Shown here: positions 28,563 to 40,878 of the stretch, in pieces
Numbering within the stretch: the stretch's first letter is position 1
How the letters are laid out: every line of letters starts with the position of its first letter
Assembly (NCBI GenBank): GCA_009914755.4
Contig: CP086569.2
Span: 55,168,001 to 55,232,000 of the forward strand
Reading direction: 5' to 3'
Length of the DNA: 64,000 bases
Source: the human T2T-CHM13v2.0 reference genome, Homo sapiens
Translations under genes and position numbers: made by a program
Notes under the pieces: model-generated
Told to the model about the DNA's origin: nothing
What the model saw: only the letters and a program-made list of their open reading frames with translations
Databases searched by the model: none

Positions 28563-31500
28563 AATGGAACTTTCTTGAATGGACTGGAATCAAACGGAAT
28601 GGAATGCAATGCAATCAAATGGCATGGAATAAAATAGAATGAAAGAGAATCAAATGGAATTGAATCGAATGGAATCGAATGGATTGGAAAGGAATAGAAT
28701 GGAATGGAATGGAATGGACTCAAATGGAATGGACTAGAATGGAATGGATTCGAATGGAAGGCAAAGGAATGGAATCTATTGGAATGGACTGTAATGGAAT
28801 GGAATGGAAGGGATTGGAATGGACTCGAATGGAATGGACTGCAATAGAAAGGATTCGAATGGAATGAAAAAGAATTGAATGGAATAGAACAGAATGGAAT
28901 CAAATCGAATGAAATGGAATGGAATAGAAAGGAATGGAATGAAATGGAATGGAAAGGATTCGAATGGAATGCAATCGAATGGAATGGAATCGAACGGAAT
29001 GGAATAAAATGGAAGAAAACTGGCAAGAAATGGAATCGAAATGAATGGAGTGTTATGGAACGGACTCAAAAGGAATTGAATGTAATAGAATGGAGTGGAG
29101 TGGACTCGAATATAATGGACTGGAATGGAATGAAATCACATGGAATGGGAACGAATGGAATGGAATGGAAAGGAATGGAATCGAATGGAAAGGAATCGAA
29201 TGGAAGGGAATGAAATTGAATCAACAGGAATGGAAGGGAATAGAATAGACGGTAATGGAATGGACTCGAATAGAATGGACACGAATGCTCAAATTGAATG
29301 GACTCGAATGGAATGGAAACGAAAGGAATGTCATCGAATGGAATTGAATCGATTGGAATGAAATCGCATAGAATGGAGTGGAATCAAATGGAATTGAATC
29401 GAAAGGAAAGGAAGCGAATGGACTGAAATGAAATGGAATGGAATTGAATGGAAAGTAATGCAATGGAATAGAATGGAACGAAATTTCACGGAATGGAATC
29501 AAACTGAATGGAATCAAATCAATGGAATCAAATCAAATGGAATGGAAAGGAATTGAATGGAGTAGATTGGATTGGATGGGATTGGAATGAAATGTACTGG
29601 AAAGGACTCGAATTTCATGAAACGGAATGGAATGAATTGGAACGGAATGGACTCGAATGGAATGGAATGTCATGGAATGGCATCAAATGGAACGGCATCA
29701 AATGGAATAGAATCGAATGCAATGGAATGCTATGGAATGGAATGGAATGCATTGGAATGGAATGTCCTCTAATGGAATGGATTCGAGTGGAATGGAATCG
29801 AATATAATGGAGTCGAATGAAATGGAATTGAAAGGAATGGGATCGAATACAATGGAATATACTGGAATGTAACGTAATGAACTCGAATGTAATTGACTGG
29901 AATGGAATGTACATGAATGGAATGTAATCGAATGGAAAGTAATCCAATGGAATAGAATCTAATGCAATAAAATCGACTCAGATAGAGTAGAATGTAATGG
30001 AATGGAGTTCAGTGCAATGGAATGGAATGGAATGGAATGCAATTGAATGGAATGGAATGGAATGGAATGGAATGGAATGGGATGGAATGGTATGGAATGG
30101 ATAGTAATGGACTGGAGTGAAATGGACTGGAAAGGAATGGACTCAAATTGAAAGGGCTCGAAAGGAATGGAGTCAAATGGAATGGTCTGGAATGGAATGA
30201 ACACGAATGTAATGCAATCCAATAGAATGGAATCGAATGGCATGGAATATAAAGAAATGGAATCGAAGAGAATGGAAACAAATGGAATGGAATTGAATGG
30301 AATGGGAACGAATGGAGTGAAATTGTATGCAGTAGAAGGGAATAGAATGGAATGCAAGCGAAAGGAAAGGAATGGATTGGAATGGAATGGAATTCATTGG
30401 AATGGAAGGGAATGTAGTGTAATGGACAGGCCTGGAATAAAGTGGAATGCTACGGTCTCGAATGGAATAAAAATGTATGGAATGGAATGCAATGAAACGG
30501 AATCGAATGTCATAGAATGTAATGGAATGCAAAAAAATGGAATCCAAAATCATTGACTGGAAAGGCTGGGTGTCGAAAGGAATTGACTCCAATGGAATGG
30601 AATCGAATGGAATGGAAGTGAATAGAATCGAACTAAATCGAATGGAATGGAATTGATAGGAACGGAATGGAAAGGAATGCAATGATTTGGCATGGAATGG
30701 AATCGAATGGCATCGAATGGAATGGAATGGAATGCAATGGAATGGAATGTATTAGAATGTAATGAACTTTAATGGAATGTACTCGAATGGATTCGACTGG
30801 AATGGAATGTTCTGGAAGTGAATGGACTCCAATGGAATGGATTCAAAAGGAATGGAATCGTACGGAATGGAATCTAATGGAATGGAATTAAATGGAAATG
30901 AATCAAATTGAATAGCACGGAATTGAATTGAATGGAATGGAATGCAATGGAATCTAATGAAACGGAAAGGAAAGGAATGGAATGGAATGGAATGGACTGG
31001 AATGGAAAGGAATCGAAACGAATGGAATGGAATCGAACTGAAGAGACTGGAATGGAATGCACTGGAATGGAAGGGAGTGTAATGGAAGGTTCTCGAAAAA
31101 AATGGAATCGAATGGAATGGAATTGAATGGAACGGAATAGAGTCGAATGGAATTGAATGGAATGGAATGGACTAGAGTGAAATGGAATCGAACCACAAGG
31201 AATGGACAGGAATAGAATGGTCTCGAATTGAATGGAATCGTATGGAATGGCATCAAACGGAATGGAATGGACAGCCACGGAATGGAATGCACTCGAATGC
31301 AATGGAGTCGAAACTAATGGACTGGAATAGAATGGACTCGACTGGTACGGACTCCAATGGAATGGAATCGAATGGAAGGGAATCGAACGGAATGGACTCG
31401 AAGGGAAAAGACTGCAATGGAAAGGTCTCGAATGGAATGGAAATTAATGGAATGGAATGGAATCGAATGAAATGGAGTCAAAAGGAATGGAATCGAATGG

Positions 31501-32106
31501 CAAGAAATCGAATGTAATGGAATCACAAGGAATTGATGTGAACGGAACGGAATGGAATGGAATCCAAAGGAATGGAATAGAATGGAATGGAATCGAATGG
31601 AAAGGACTCGAATGGAAATCACTCGAATAGAATGCAATTTAATAAAATAGGATCAAATGTAATGGAATGGAATGAAAAGGAATCGAAACGAAAGGAATGG
31701 AGACAGATGGAATGGAATGGAACAGAGAGCAATGGTATAGAATGGAATGGAATCATCTGGAATGGAATTGAATGGAATGGAATAATATGAAATGGAATGG
31801 AATGGAATGGAATGGAATGCCCTTGAATTAAATGGACTGGAATGGAATGGACTCGAACAGAGTGGAATGGAAAGTGTTGAGATAGAATGGAATGGACTCC
31901 TTTGGAATGGTGTAGTATGCAATGCAATCGACTGGCAGGGAATCAAAAGGAATGTAATCGAATGGATTGGACTGGAATGCAATGGACTCGAATAGATTGG
32001 AAACGGAATGCAAAGGAATGGAATGGAATAGTATGGAATGGAATGGAAAGGAATGGAGTGGAATAGACTAGAGTGGAATGGAATGGACTGGAAAGCAATG
32101 GACTGG
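28563..32106 (+). repeat. HSat3 HOR unit 9 (3544 bp), a copy of unit 3
   Basis: Anchor at 28563. It has the same 3544-bp length as unit 3 and the same diagnostic variants at offset 21389. Confidence 0.9.
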
Positions 32107-35100
32107 AATGGAACTTTCTTGAATGGACTGGAATCAAACGGAATGGAATGCAATGCAATCAAATGGCATGGAATAAAATAGAATGAAAGAGAATCAAATG
32201 GAATTGAATCGAATGGAATCGAATGGATTGGAAAGGAATAGAATGGAATGGAATGGAATTGACTCAAATGGAATGGACTAGAATGGAATGGATTCGAATG
32301 GAAGGCAAAGGAATGGAATCTATTGGAATGGACTGTAATGGAATGGAATGGAAGGGATTGGAATGGGCTCGAATGGAATGGACTGCAATAGAAAGGATTC
32401 GAATGGAATGAAAAAGAATTGAATGGAATAGAACAGAATGGAATCAAATCGAATGAAATGGAATGGAATGAAATGGAATGGAAAGGATTCGAATGGAATG
32501 CAATCGAATGGAATGGAATCGAACGGAATGGAATAAAATGGAAGAAAACTGGCAAGAAATGGAATCGAAATGAATGGAGTGTTATGGAACGGAGTCAAAA
32601 GGAATTGAATGTAATAGAATGGAGTGGAGTGGACTCGAATATAATGGACTGGAATGGAATGAAATCACATGGAATGGGAACGAATGGAATGGAATGGAAA
32701 GGAATGGAATCGAATGGAAAGGAATCGAATGGAAGGGAATGAAATTGAATCAACAGGAATGGAAGGGAATAGAATAGACGGTAATGGAATGGACTCGAAT
32801 AGAATGGACAGGAATGCTCAAATTGAATGGACTCGAATGGAATGGAAACGAAATGAATGTCATCGAATGGAATTGAATCGATTGGAATGAAATCATATAG
32901 AATGGAGTGGAATCAAATGGAATTGAATCGAAAGGAAAGGAAACAAATGGACTGAAATGAAATGGAATGGAATTGAATGGAAAGTTATGTAATGGAATAG
33001 AATGGAACGAAATTTCACGGAATGGATTCAAACTGAATGGAATCAAATCAATGGAATCAAATCAAATGGAATGGAAAGGAATTGAATGGAGTAGATTGGA
33101 TTGGATGGGATTGGAATGAAATGTACTGGAAAGGACTCGAATTTCATGAAACGGAATGGAATGAATTGGAACGGAACGGACTCGAATGGAATGGAATGTC
33201 ATGGAATGGCATCAAATGGAATGGCATCAAATGGAATGGAATCGAATGCAATGGAATGCTATGGAATGGAATGGAATGCATTGGAATGGAATGTCCTCTA
33301 ATGGAATGGATTCGAGTGGAATGGAATCGAATATAATGGAGTCGAATGAAATGGAATTGAAAGGAATGGGATCGAATACAATGGAATATACTGGAATGTA
33401 ATGTAATGAACTCGAATGTAATTGACTGGAATGGAATGTACATGAATGGAATGTAATCGAATGGAAAGTAATCCAATGGAATAGAATCTAATGCAATAAA
33501 ATCGACTCAGATAGAGTAGAATGCAATGGAATGGAGTGCAGTGCAATGGAATGGAATGGAATGCAATGGAATGGAATGGAATGGAATGGAATGGAATGGA
33601 ATGGAATGGTGTGGAATGGATAGTAATGGACTGGAGTGAAATGGACTGGAAAGGAATGGACTCAAATTGAAAGGGCTCGAAAGGAATGGAGTCAAATGGA
33701 ATGGTCTGGAATGGAATGAACACGAATGTAATGCAATCCAATAGAATGGAATCGAATGGCATGGAATATAAAGAAATGGAATCGAAGAGAATGGAAACAA
33801 ATGGAATGGAATTGAGTGGAATCGAATTGAATGGAATGGGAACGAATGGAGTGAAATTGTATGCAGTAGAAGAGAATAGAATGGAATGCAAGCGAAAGGA
33901 AAGGAATGGATTGGAATGGAATGGAATTCATTGGAATGGAAGGGAATGTAGTGTAATGGACAGGCCTGGAATAAAGTGGAATGCTACGGTCTCGAATGGA
34001 ATAAAAATGTATGGAATGGAATGCAATGAAACGGAATCGAATGTCATAGAATGTAATGAAATGCAAAAAAATGGAATCCAAAATCATTGACTGGAAAGGC
34101 TGGGTGTCGAAAGGAATTGACTCCAATGGAATGGAATCGAATGGAATGGAAGTGAATAGAATCGAACTAAATCGAATGGAATGGAATTGATAGGAACGGA
34201 ATGGAAAGGAATGCAATGATTTGGCATGGAATGGAATCGAATGGCATCGAATGGAATGGAATGGAATGCAATGGAATGGAATGTATTAGAATGTAATGAA
34301 CTTTAATGGAATGTACTCGAATGGATTCGACTGGAATGGAATGTTCTGGAAGTGAATGGACTCCAATGGAATGGATTCCAAAGGAATGGAATCGTACGGA
34401 ATGGAATCTAATGGAATGGAATTAAATGGAAATGAATCAAATTGAATAGCACGGAATTGAATTGAATGAAATGGAATGCAATGGAATCTAATGAAACGGA
34501 AAGGAAAGGAATGGAATGGAATGGAATGGGCTGGAATGGAAAGGAATCGAAACGAATGGAATGGAATCGAACTGAAGAGACTGGAATGGAATGCACTGGA
34601 ATGGAAGGGAGTGTAATGGAAGGTTCTCGAAAAAAATGGAATCGAATGGAATGGAATTGAATGGAAAGGAATAGAGTCGAATGAAATTGAATGGAATGGA
34701 ATGGACTAGAGTGAAATGGAATCGAACCACAAGGAATGGACAGGAATAGAATGGTCTCGAATTGAATGGAATCGTATGGAATGGCATCAAACGGAATGGA
34801 ATGGACAGCCACGGAATGGAATGCACTCGAATGCAATGGAGTCGAAACTAATGGACTGGAATAGAATGGACTCGACTGGTACGGACTCCAATGGAATGGA
34901 ATCGAATGGAAGGGAATCGAACGGAATGGACTCGAAGGGAAAAGACTGCAATGGAAAGGTCTCGAATGGAATGGAAATTAATGGAATGGAATGGAATCGA
35001 ATGAAATGGAGTCAAAAGGAATGGAATCGAATGGCAAGAAATCGAATGTAATGGAATCGCAAGGAATTGATGTGAACGGAACGGAATGGAATGGAATCCA

Positions 35101-35640
35101 AAGGAATGGAATAGAATGGAATGGAATCGAATGGAAAGGACTCGAATGGAAATCACTCGAATAGAATGCAATTTAATAAAATAGGATCAAATGGAATGGA
35201 ATGGAATGGAAAGGAATCGAAACGAAAGGAATGGAGACAGATGGAATGGAATGGAACAGAGAGCAATGCTATAGAATGGAATGGAATCATCTGGAATGGA
35301 ATTGAATGGAATGGAATAATATGAAATGGAATGGAATGGAATGGAATGGAATGCCCTTGAATTAAATGGACTGGAATGGAATGGACTCCAACAGAGTGGA
35401 ATGGAAAGTGTTGAGATAGAATGGAATGGACTCCTTTGGAATGGTCTAGTATGCAATGCAATCGACTGGCAGGGAATCAAAAGGAATGTAATCGAATGGA
35501 TTGGACTGGAATGCAATGGACTCGAATAGATTGGAAACGGAATGCAAAGGAATGGAATGGAATAGTATGGAATGGAATGGAAAGGAATGGAGTGGAATAG
35601 ACTAGAGTGGAATGGAATGGACTGGAAAGCAATGGACTGG
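32107..35640 (+). repeat. HSat3 HOR unit 10 (3534 bp), a copy of unit 4
   Basis: Anchor at 32107. It has the same 15-bp deletions as unit 4 and is 5 bp longer overall. Confidence 0.9.
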
Positions 35641-38600
35641 AATGGAACTTTCTTGAATGGACTGGAATCAAACGGAATGGAATGCAATGCAATCAAATGG
35701 CATGGAATAAAATAGAATGAAAGAGAATCAAATGGAATTGAATCGAATGGAATCGAATGGATTGGAAAGGAATAGAATGGAATGGAATGGAATTGACTCA
35801 AATGGAATGGACTAGAATGGAATGGATTCGAATGGAAGGCAAAGGAATGGAATCTATTGGAATGGACTGTAATGGAATGGAATGGAAGGGATTGGAATGG
35901 ACTCGAATGGAATGGACTGCAATAGAAAGGATTCCAATGGAATGAAAAAGAATTGAATGGAATAGAACAGAATGGAATCAAATCGAATGAAATGGAATGG
36001 AATAGAAAGGAATGGAATGAAATGGAATGGAAAGGATTCGAATGGAATGCAATCGAATGGAATGGAATCGAACGGAATGGAATAAAATGGAAGAAAACTG
36101 GCAAGAAATGGAATCGAAATGAATGGAGTATTATGGAACGGACTCAAAAGGAATTGAATGTAATAGAATGGAGTGGAGTGGACTCGAATATAATGGACTG
36201 GAATGGAATGAAATCACATGGAATGGGAACGAATGGAATGGAATGGAAAGGAATGGAATCGAATGGAAAGGAATCGAATGGAAGGGAATGAAATTGAATC
36301 AACAGGAATGGAAGGGAATAGAATAGACGGTAATGGAATGGACTCGAATAGAATGGACACGAATGCTCAAATTGAATGGACTCGAATGGAATGGAAACGA
36401 AAGGAATGTCATCGAATGGAATTGAATCGATTGGAATGAAATCGCATAGAATGGAGTGGAATCAAATGGAATTGAATCGAAAGGAAAGGAAGCGAATGGA
36501 CTGAAATGAAATGGAATGGAATTGAATGGAAAGTAATGCAATGGAATAGAATGGAACGAAATTTCACGGAATGGAATCAAACTGAATGGAATCAAATCAA
36601 TGGAATCTAATCAAATGGAATGGAAAGGAATTGAATGGAGTAGATTGGATTGGATGGGATTGGAATGAAATCTACTGGAAAGGACTCGAATTTCATGAAA
36701 CGGAATGGAATGAATTGGAACGGAATGGACTCGAATGGAATGGAATGTCATGGAATGGCATCAAATGGAATGGCATCAAATGGAATGGAATCGAATGCAA
36801 TGGAATGTTATGGAATGGAATGGAATGCATTGGAATGGAATGTCCTCTAATGGAATGGATTCGAGTGGAATGGAATCGAATATAATGGAGTCGAATGAAA
36901 TGGAATTGAAAGGAATGGGATCGAATAGAATGGAATATACTGGAATGTAATGTAATGAACTCGAATGTAATTGACTGGAATGGAATGTACATGAATGGAA
37001 GGTAATCGAATGGAAAGTAATCCAATGGAATAGAATCTAATGCAATAAAACCGACTCAGATAGAGTAGAATGTAATGGAATGGAGTGCAGTGCAATGGAA
37101 TGGAGTGGAATTGAATGCAAAGGAATGGAATGGAATGGAATGGAATGGAATGGAATGGAATGGAATGGAATGGGATGGAATGGTATGGAATGGATAGAAA
37201 TGGACTGGAGTGAAATGGACTGGAAAGGAATGGACTCAAATTGAAAGGGCTCGAAAGGAATGGAGTCAAATGGAATGGTCTGGAATGGAATGAACACGAA
37301 TGTAATGCAATCCAATAGAATGGAATCGAATGGCATGGAATATAAAGAAATGGATACGAAGAGAATGGAAACAAATGGAATGGAATTGAATGGAATGGAA
37401 TTGAATGGAATGGGAACGAATGGAGTGAAATTGTATGCAGTAGAAGGGAATAGAATGGAATGCAAGCGAAAGGAAAGGAATGGATTGGAATGGAATGGAA
37501 TTCATTGGAATGGAAGGGAATGTAGTGTAATGGACAGGCCTGGAATAAAGTGGAATGCTACGGTCTCGAATGGAATAAAAATGTATGGAATGGAATGCAA
37601 TGAAACGGAATCGAATGTCATAGAATGTAATGGAATGCAACAAAATGGAATCCAAAATCATTGACTGGAAAGGCTGGGTGTCGAAAGGAATTGACTCCAA
37701 TGGAATGGAATCGAATGGAATGGAAGTGAATAGAATCGAACTAAATCGAATGGAATGGAATTGATAGGAACGGAATGGAAAGGAATGCAATGATTTGGCA
37801 TGGAATGGAATCGAATGGCATCGAATGGAATGGAATGGAATGCAATGGAATGGAATGTATTAGAATGTAATGAACTTTAATGGAATGTACTCGAATGGAT
37901 TCGACTGGAATGGAATGTTCTGGAAGTGAATGGACTCCAATGGAATGGATTCAAAAGGAATGGAATCGTACGGAATGGAATCTAATGGAATGGAATTAAA
38001 TGGAAATGAATCAAATTGAATAGCACGGAATTGAATTGAATGGAATGGAATGCAATGGAATCTAATGAAACGGAAAGGAAAGGAATGGAATGGAATGGAA
38101 TGGGCTGGAATGGAAAGGAATCGAAACGAATGGAATGGAATCGAACTGAAGAGACTGGAATGGAATGCACTGGAATGGAAGGGAGTGTAATGGAAGGTTC
38201 TCGAAAAAAATGGAATCGAATGGAATGGAATTGAATGGAACGGAATAGAGTCGAATGGAATTGAATGGAATGGAATGGACTAGAGTGAAATGGAATCGAA
38301 CCACAAGGAATGGAGAGGAATAGAATGGTCTCGAATTGAATGGAATCATATGGAATGGCATCAAACGGAATGGAATGGACAGCCACGGAATGGAATGCAC
38401 TCGAATGCAATGGAGTCGAAACTAATGGACTGGAATAGAATGGACTCGACTGGTACGGACTCCAATGGAATGGAATCGAATGGAAGGGAATCGAACGGAA
38501 TGGACTCGAAGGGAAAAGACTGCAATGGAAAGGTCTCGAATGGAATGGAAATTAATGGAATGGAATGGAATCGAATGAAATGGAGTCAAAAGGAATGGAA

Positions 38601-39214
38601 TCGAATGGCAAGAAATCGAATGTAATGGAATCGCAAGGAATTGATGTGAACGGAACGGAATGGAATGGAATCCAAAGGAATGGAATAGAATGGAATGGAA
38701 TCGAATGGAAAGGACTCGAATGGAAATCACTCGAATAGAATGCAATTTAATAAAATAGGATCAAATATAATGGAATGGAATGGAAAGGAATCGAAACGAA
38801 AGGAATGGAGACAGATGGAATGGAATAGAACAGAGAGCAATGGTATAGAATGGAATGGAATCATCTGGAATGGAATTGAATGGAATGGAATAATATGAAA
38901 AGGAACGGAATGGAATGGAATGGAATGCCCTTGAATTAAATGGACTGGAATGGAATGGACTCGAACAGAGTGGAATGGAAAGTGTTGAGATAGAATGGAA
39001 TGGACTCCTTTGGAATGGTGTAGTATGCAATGCAATCGACTGGCAGGGAATCAAAAGGAATGTAATCGAATGGATTGGACTGGAATGCAATGGACTCGAA
39101 TAGATTGCAAACAGAATGCAAAGGAATGGAATGGAATAGTATGGAATGGAATGGAAAGGAATGGAGTGGAATAGACTAGAGTGGAATGGAATGGACTGGA
39201 AAGCAATGGACTGG
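35641..39214 (+). repeat. HSat3 HOR unit 11 (3574 bp)
   Basis: Anchor at 35641 and 39215. Its 5' part equals unit 5 at offset ~21394 and its 3' end is of the unit-6 type. Confidence 0.9.
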
Positions 39215-40878
39215 AATGGAACTTTCTTGAATGGACTGGAATCAAACGGAATGGAATGCAATGCAATCAAATGGCATGGAATAAAATAGAATGAAAGAGA
39301 ATCAAATGGAATTGAATCGAATGGAATCGAATGGATTGGAAAGGAATAGAATGGAATGGAATGGAATTGACTCAAATGGAATGGACTAGAATGGAATGGA
39401 TTCGAATGGAAGGCAAAGGAATGGAATCTATTGGAATGGACTGTAATGGAATGGAATGGAAGGGATTGGAATGGACTCGAATGGAATGGACTGCAATAGA
39501 AAGGATTTGAATGGAATGAAAAAGAATTGAATGGAATAGAACAGAATGGAATCAAATCGAATGAAATGGAATGGAATAGAAAGGAATGGAATGAAATGGA
39601 ATGGAAAGGATTCGAATGGAATGCAATCGAATGGAATGGAATCGAACGGAATGGAATAAAATGGAAGAAAACTGGCAAGAAATGGAATCGAAATGAATGG
39701 AGTGTTATGGAACGGACTCAAAAGGAATTGAATGTAATAGAATGGAGTGGAGTGGACTCGAATATAATGGACTGGAATGGAATGAAATCACATGGAATGG
39801 GAACGAATGGAATGGAATGGAAAGGAATGGAATCGAATGGAAAGGAATCGAATGGAAGGGAATGAAATTGAATCAACAGGAATGGAAGGGAATAGAATAG
39901 ACGGTAATGGAATGGACTCGAATAGAATGGACACGAATGCTCAAATTGAATGGACTCGAATGGAATGGAAACGAAAGGAATGTCATCGAATGGAATTGAA
40001 TCGATTGGAATGAAATCGCATAGAATGGAGTGGAATCAAATGGAATTGAATCGAAAGGAAAGGAAGCGAATGGACTGAAATGAAATGGAATGGAATTGAA
40101 TGGAAAGTAATGCAATGGAATAGAATGGAACGAAATTTCACGGAATGGAATCAAACTGAATGGAATCAAATCAATGGAATCAAATCAAATGGAATGGAAA
40201 GGAATTGAATGGAGTAGATTGGATTGGATGGGATTGGAATGAAATGTACTGGAAAGGACTCGAATTTCATGAAACGGAATGGAATGAATTGGAACGGAAT
40301 GGACTCGAATGGAATGGAATGTCATGGAATGGCATCAAATGGAATGGCATCAAATGGAATGGAATCGAATGGAAAGGACTCGAATGGAAATCACTCGAAT
40401 AGAATGCAATTTAATAAAATAGGATCAAATATAATGGAATGGAATGGAAAGGAATCGAAACGAAAGGAATGGAGACAGATGGAATGGAATAGAACAGAGA
40501 GCAATGGTATAGAATGGAATGGAATCATCTGGAATGGAATTGAATGGAATGGAATAATATGAAATGGAATGGAATGGAATGGAATGGAATGCCCTTGAAT
40601 TAAATGGACTGGAATGGAATGGACTCGAACAGAGTGGAATGGAAAGTGTTGAGATAGAATGGAATGGACTCCTTTGGAATGGTGTAGTATGCAATGCAAT
40701 CGACTGGCAGGGAATCAAAAGGAATGTAATCGAATGGATTGGACTGGAATGCAATGGACTCGAATAGATTGCAAACAGAATGCAAAGGAATGGAATGGAA
40801 TAGTATGGAATGGAATGGAAAGGAATGGAGTGGAATAGACTAGAGTGGAATGGAATGGACTGGAAAGCAATGGACTGG
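39215..40878 (+). repeat. HSat3 HOR unit 12, truncated (1664 bp) by an internal 1915-bp deletion
   Basis: The anchors at 39215 and 40879 are only 1664 bp apart. ORF 40224-40562 fuses two segments that lie ~1.9 kb apart in every other unit. Confidence 0.9.
40353..40371 (+). other. Deletion junction with 19-bp microhomology (aatggaatggaatcgaatg) inside truncated HOR unit 12
   Basis: The left flank (…ggcatcaaatggaatggaatcgaatg|caatggaatgctatgg in intact units) and the right flank (…aatagaatggaatggaatcgaatg|gaaaggactcgaatggaaatcactcg) share this 19-mer. Here the 19-mer is followed directly by gaaaggactcg. Confidence 0.85.

Noticed and set aside
39215-40878. The short 1664-bp unit as an insertion of foreign sequence or a transposon target site
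   Set aside because: Both flanks of the junction are canonical HOR sequence from two positions of the same unit. No novel sequence is present. It is a deletion, not an insertion.
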